64,000 bases of DNA from Sporopachydermia quercuum (lineage: Eukaryota). The notes under the pieces are model-generated. The model did no database searches and was not told where the DNA came from. It worked only from the letters and a program-made list of their open reading frames with translations. Each line of letters opens with the position of its first letter. Positions within the stretch are counted from its first letter, which is position 1. Both the position numbers and the translations under genes were made by a program. Shown piece by piece: positions 59,434 through 64,000 of the stretch. The stretch is from NCBI GenBank assembly GCA_001599295.1, contig BCGN01000005.1:868001-932000 (forward strand). The letters run 5' to 3'.

Positions 59434-60145
59434 TTAATAGATTTTCCTTCTTTTACTCTCATCAGCATATTTAGAATTTTTGGGGCCAGAATCGGACTCA
59501 TTTGCAGTATATCCATTTGAAGGTAACCCACGTCTCTTTCTCTTTGATCGTATATATTTGCCTCCTCCTGCATATAGGTCATCGTTTGAGGTATCACCAG
59601 TGATGCCACCAGCAGATAGATTGGCTAGTAACTCATTTCTTGAAATTCCATTATTCATATCCAAACCTAATAATGTAGTATCATATCCAAGGATACCAGT
59701 TGAGGGTGTTTTTTCAAAATTCAAATTTTGTCGTAATAATGAAACGTCAATTTGCCGTATAGGAGATTCTATTCTGTGTTCTTGAGCTGCTGCGCTATAA
59801 ATGATAGGTAATAAGGTATTACCTCCAGATGGAATATCATATTGTTTCAGCCTTAGATCCAAAATTTGATTTTTGTATGATTTACGCATTTTGTTTTTCT
59901 CTCCGGTGATTGGATTGAATCTTGCAACATAATTTGATGTTGCCTCTAATCCATATTTATTCACCAGATCATCCATTACAGATGGTTGGGATCTCCCGTA
60001 TGAAGCTACTTTATATGTTAATACACAACTCATCAGCTAACTAATTGTAATACATTCTAACTGCAAATCATTTAGCTTGCACGTACTACTTACCATCGTC
60101 ATCAACACAGTAATACGGTGGAGATTCGGCTCCAGATGAGGGCAT
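59434..60145 (-). CDS. ROX3: Mediator subunit 19 (2 exons, ~207 aa)
   Basis: Exon 1 60145-60094 (MPSSGAESPPYYCVDDD); intron 60006-60093 (GTAAGT..TATTAAC..TAG); exon 2 ...QPSVMDDLVNKYGL...VARFNPITGEKNKMRKSYKNQI and a basic C-terminus. Confidence 0.85.
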
Positions 60146-60719
60146 CGTGGCTTAGGGTAGTTAAACAAACAAGACAATAGATTACCGGGAGAAAAGTATA
60201 ATCAGTACATCACACCACCCATATAATCCGCCTAATCGTTAACTATAGTTTCGCCCACGGACACGAAAATACATGTTTATTTCATATAAGAAAGCGATGA
60301 TCTTGAAACCATAAGAAAGAAGGTGATGGTGAAATTCAAGCAAAGGGTAGTTAATGGGAATAGAACTACAAATGATGTCCGCAATCTTAAACTACGGAAA
60401 CAATAACTTTCTATAATTACGGAAATCATTACTTGACTATGCCTTCCATAGTTAAATCAGCAATTACGTTCACCATGGTACACTCACATGGTAAACTGAT
60501 AAAGGATATTCACAGCAAAAGAACACTGATTAAAATGAATTAAAAAAAAAAAATGAACTTATTACAAGAGTTGAAACGTCAAAAAAAAAAAAGTTTTAAA
60601 CAACTTGAGCTAAATCATCATATTAATTGAAACAAATATATTAAGAATATTATACAAATCGTCCGTAGATAGTACTTGAATGTAAATAGGTAGATGATGA
60701 AGTCTACATACATAAAATA

Positions 60720-63700
60720 TCATTTTGTTCCGGAGATTGCAGGAAGAGTGTTTAAAGATCTATGGCCAATATTATCTCCAACATTCTGATTAATATCATG
60801 ACTTGACCCCATTATTGAAGAATCAATATTGGGAACAGTTGTACCCAAGTTAGGAATTCTCCAGTTGTCATTCAACGTTTGCTGGATTGGTTTATTGCTT
60901 GCTGATAGGCCATTTCTACTCAATGAATAAGCTGCTAATGAATCAGAAGCACTCGGTGTCATGGGAACAGAGCCTGCACCCATTTGATTCATTGGGATTC
61001 TTGGCAGGGACGTAGAGAAAGACATTGCATCTAATTTGAATAGGTCAAGGTTAGCAGTTTGGGGTAGGGGTTGTAGTGAACTAGTCTGATGCTGTTGTCC
61101 ACCAACGCTATCTCCATCAAAAATTGATCTTCGACGAGGTGAAGGTAAGAATGTACTTAATTTTGACTGTTGTTGCTGTTGTTGTGGTTGTGGTTGTTGT
61201 GGTTGTGGTTGTGGTTGCTGTTGAGTAATGGGTATAGCGAAAGAAGTGTCACCTAATAACATTGAGTCTTTCCTTGAAAAATTTGATATGTTTCTTAAAC
61301 TCCTATTATCTTCTTCTTCTTCTTGCTCACGTTTATTCAACTCGCTTAGCAGCTCATCTAAGCTATTCTTGAGCAATCCAGTCAAATAATACATAGGAGG
61401 TAACTTTTCAGTAAGCTTCACCCAAACCCTTATCAACAATTGCGAGGTTTTTTCTTTTTCACTCCAGTTATCATCGCCATCCTGATCAAATCCATTGGAA
61501 ACGTTACTTGAAGGTGATTTGGCATTCATCTCATTGCCCATATGCCAATTACTATCAAAGCTCAAATCAGCAATGTTACTACTGCCTTTCCACTCAACAA
61601 GATTAGAAACTAATCTGTTAAGAAACGTGTAAATGCTGTGATCGCTATTTGAAACAAATTTTGTATTTTGAGGATCGTTAAAATTTCTCTCAAGGGTTTT
61701 CTCGTAGTTAACAGAAAATTTAATAAGAGAAAGGAAACACTCAAATTGAAACCAAACACCATTGAACGCAAACATTGGAGACGAGTAACAACTTGGTAAA
61801 ATTGTATTTAAATAGTATTCAAATCCTGAAAGACAAATCAATGCCAGCGAATCCAAGCAATTTGATAGAATTGGTTCAGCTAGTGAAGGTAAATCGTTTG
61901 CTTCACTATTCATCAAGCCAATCAAACTTTCAGTTAAGACGCGTGATGACTCCATGGATGCCAAAGCGTTACCAAACTCCGCAAATTCAAAATGAAGATG
62001 TAATTGACATGATCTGAATATAAATGAGCTTGAAACAGCTAAAGGATGCTTCGATTCCGAGAATATGCTGTATAAAGAAGACGGAGAATTAAATATTTGA
62101 TTGAAAACATAATCAGCAATTGAACCCTCTAAATTAGGCGATTCGACTTTTAAATCATCAAAACATGATTTAGTAGAAGAGATTTGACAGTTAACGATAT
62201 TAATAAAACCAGAATTCGATAAAGTGCACGGCCATTCTAATGATTCTTGTAAAACAGCGTTTGAAACAGATGTTTGCCAGCATTCCAAAGCTGATTTGAA
62301 ATGGTTCCTCACAAATTGAGATAATGGAAAAGTGTTATGTTGACTAAAGGAAGATCTTGTTGCATGAGAACCTCTGGATGAAGTTGAACTGGTATCATCA
62401 TTTGCGCCATGCAATGCTNGGAGTTTTGATAGCTTTTTCCTATTCTCTATATTAGAATTGATAATCTCATTCATAATGCCAGAGATGAGAATGCGGTAAC
62501 CAAATGTTGAAAGATACTGAACAGTTTGATTAAGAAACAGAGCGGACATTGCCTCCTGGAATGTAAAAGCTGTTCTATTCCTATTCGGTGATACTTTTCG
62601 TATTGTGGCTTGTTCTTGCATGTAATACTGAATCCATTGAGAATCAGAGTCAAAAGAAAAACTCCATAACGATTCAGAACACGGTAAATAAATTCTTTCT
62701 ATATCAGGAATAGTAACAGAAGGTGGAGTCATATTGTAGACCTGGGAGACTGTTGAGAGCATCAAATATGCACAGAAAATACTTCTTCTCGCTTGTTCCA
62801 TCTGGACCCATTCTTTCCATAATGGCGGTGTAGGTAAAATAGGATTACTCTGTTGGCTGCTGAGAGTTGTTTTCACTATTCTATTAACAACAGTAGTCAA
62901 ATGAGATCTTAAAGGCTCAGAATCAATGAAAGAGGACCTAAATTGATCATTACTTCCATCATCAGTTCCTTTTCTATTCCCATTATTAGTCATTCCATTA
63001 TTGACACCACTATTGACGCTACTATTTTGATTGGCAGTCCCTGTTGAAGATTCAGGAACCCGTATACTCGAATCATTAGTTTCCTCAGTCTTAACTATAT
63101 CCTGATGATTACCACCTGGCGATGTGGCCATTCGTAAAGCTTTAGAAGCTTTGGCAACTTTTGTTGACCAAATAGCTCCAATATTTAAGTACACCAGGCA
63201 CTGAAGAACCCATATTGGTACCACAGATGATGGTACAGCAAGATGCGGTAAAAGCCCTGAATAACTTGATAAATGATACGATTCAGCAACAGGAATATCT
63301 GAAGCTACTATAGCTCCCAGAGAGCAAATGGCAGCCAAGAGAGGTTTAGGACAGGAAACTGGATCAAACGACTGTAAATGCAGTAAAGGGTATTGAGGTT
63401 GAATAAGAGTTAGGAAATAGAATAAATATTGATTCAAACGAATAGAGTCCTTAGGATAAGGAGATAAAGCAGGAAATGCAAATCTAGGCAATGGTGATTG
63501 GCTGGTTGGTTGTTGATGCTGTTCATTATCTTCAATGCCATCTCTCATGTCTTTTAGCTCTCTTGGTTCTCTGGAATCTCTAGAATCTCTGGAATCTCTG
63601 GCCGAAGGGNTTAATGGTGTAGGATTTGGTTCTATCAAAGGATGTAATGCCTGCAGATGTTTATGAGAACTTGTTGATGGATGCAACTGTAAAGGTGGAG

Positions 63701-64000
63701 ATTGAGCGACGTAATTCCGTTGGTAGTGTCTATCATATTGCGTTTGAGAAGGAGACTGTGTATCATTGAGATTCTGGTTGAGGTTTTGGTTGATATTGGG
63801 GTGAAAATGAGGTAGCTGTAAATGATTTGGTAGCTGTGAGGATGATAAATTATTAGGCTCTTTCTCAGGCAAGTTGTTATTAATGAATTTTGATCGTGAT
63901 TTCTTGGCCCGTTCAGCTCTCTCGGCAGAATGGACAGTTCTATCGTGTCGTAACAGAAGATCTCTTCGAACGAAACATGAATTACATTTGGGACATTGAA
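60720..64000 (-). CDS. C2H2 zinc-finger transcription factor with fungal-specific TF domain (Adr1/Tda9-type); 5' end outside the window
   Basis: The frame stays open to the window edge, upstream of the ORF-track start, and reads QCPKCNSCFVRRDLLLRHDRTVH (C2H2 finger). Downstream Fungal_trans-like motifs: YF..IQPQYPLLH..SF, LLAAICSLGA, WKEWVQMEQARR and LPCSESLW. Confidence 0.85.
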   Translation of the reverse strand, partial: QCPKCNSCFVRRDLLLRHDRTVHSAERAERAKKSRSKFINNNLPEKEPNNLSSSQLPNHLQLPHFHPNINQNLNQNLNDTQSPSQTQYDRHYQRNYVAQSPPLQLHPSTSSHKHLQALHPLIEPNPTPLXPSARDSRDSRDSREPRELKDMRDGIEDNEQHQQPTSQSPLPRFAFPALSPYPKDSIRLNQYLFYFLTLIQPQYPLLHLQSFDPVSCPKPLLAAICSLGAIVASDIPVAESYHLSSYSGLLPHLAVPSSVVPIWVLQCLVYLNIGAIWSTKVAKASKALRMATSPGGNHQDIVKTEETNDSSIRVPESSTGTANQNSSVNSGVNNGMTNNGNRKGTDDGSNDQFRSSFIDSEPLRSHLTTVVNRIVKTTLSSQQSNPILPTPPLWKEWVQMEQARRSIFCAYLMLSTVSQVYNMTPPSVTIPDIERIYLPCSESLWSFSFDSDSQWIQYYMQEQATIRKVSPNRNRTAFTFQEAMSALFLNQTVQYLSTFGYRILISGIMNEIINSNIENRKKLSKLXALHGANDDTSSTSSRGSHATRSSFSQHNTFPLSQFVRNHFKSALECWQTSVSNAVLQESLEWPCTLSNSGFINIVNCQISSTKSCFDDLKVESPNLEGSIADYVFNQIFNSPSSLYSIFSESKHPLAVSSSFIFRSCQLHLHFEFAEFGNALASMESSRVLTESLIGLMNSEANDLPSLAEPILSNCLDSLALICLSGFEYYLNTILPSCYSSPMFAFNGVWFQFECFLSLIKFSVNYEKTLERNFNDPQNTKFVSNSDHSIYTFLNRLVSNLVEWKGSSNIADLSFDSNWHMGNEMNAKSPSSNVSNGFDQDGDDNWSEKEKTSQLLIRVWVKLTEKLPPMYYLTGLLKNSLDELLSELNKREQEEEEDNRSLRNISNFSRKDSMLLGDTSFAIPITQQQPQPQPQQPQPQQQQQQSKLSTFLPSPRRRSIFDGDSVGGQQHQTSSLQPLPQTANLDLFKLDAMSFSTSLPRIPMNQMGAGSVPMTPSASDSLAAYSLSRNGLSASNKPIQQTLNDNWRIPNLGTTVPNIDSSIMGSSHDINQNVGDNIGHRSLNTLPAISGTK

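Noticed and set aside
752..62653. Numerous 60-165 aa ORFs in the track that are antisense to, nested in, or between the real genes (e.g. 1086-1382, 10019-10360, 43738-44082, 57807-58304, 8509-8762, 21154-21357)
   Set aside because: They are shadows of real CDSs, intronic or low-complexity. Many start at non-ATG codons, and none has recognisable motifs.
1..64000. Mobile elements, CRISPR arrays, rRNA, spliceosomal snRNAs, RNase P/MRP
   Set aside because: I recognised no transposase/RT ORFs, repeat-spacer arrays or hallmark ncRNA motifs by eye. A covariance-model search could still find diverged ncRNAs.

Overview
AT-rich, gene-dense chromosomal DNA from an ascomycete yeast. It appears to use the standard genetic code (CTG at conserved Leu sites) and has short spliceosomal introns with TACTAAC-type branch points close to the 3' splice site, which suggests an early-diverging, non-CUG-Ser budding yeast; this placement is inference. 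I can support 23 protein-coding genes, mostly housekeeping: SS18/Snf11-like Q/N-rich protein, SWD2, HCS1, ATP7, URB1, ATG44 (mitofissin), GDI1, AIM7, RPS13, a ubiquitin-fold orphan, a UapA-type xanthine/urate permease, a XanA-type xanthine dioxygenase, RRG1-like, RTR1, EMP65, COX15, HSM3, MTR4, SAC3, a Ser-rich unknown, TIF3, MED19/ROX3 and a truncated C2H2 transcription factor. Reading splice signals by hand gives 16 introns in 9 genes that the ORF track fragments or misses, including a 3-exon mitofissin microprotein gene, a 6-nt microexon, two ATG-only first coding exons and a stop-codon-only last coding exon. The most unusual unexplained signal is a ~9 kb domain (about 44-53 kb) strongly enriched in CGG/CCG regardless of gene, strand or coding status. 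A divergent permease/dioxygenase pair looks like a small xanthine-utilisation cluster. No tRNA, rRNA, transposon or CRISPR could be supported. All family calls come from motif recognition, not database searches.
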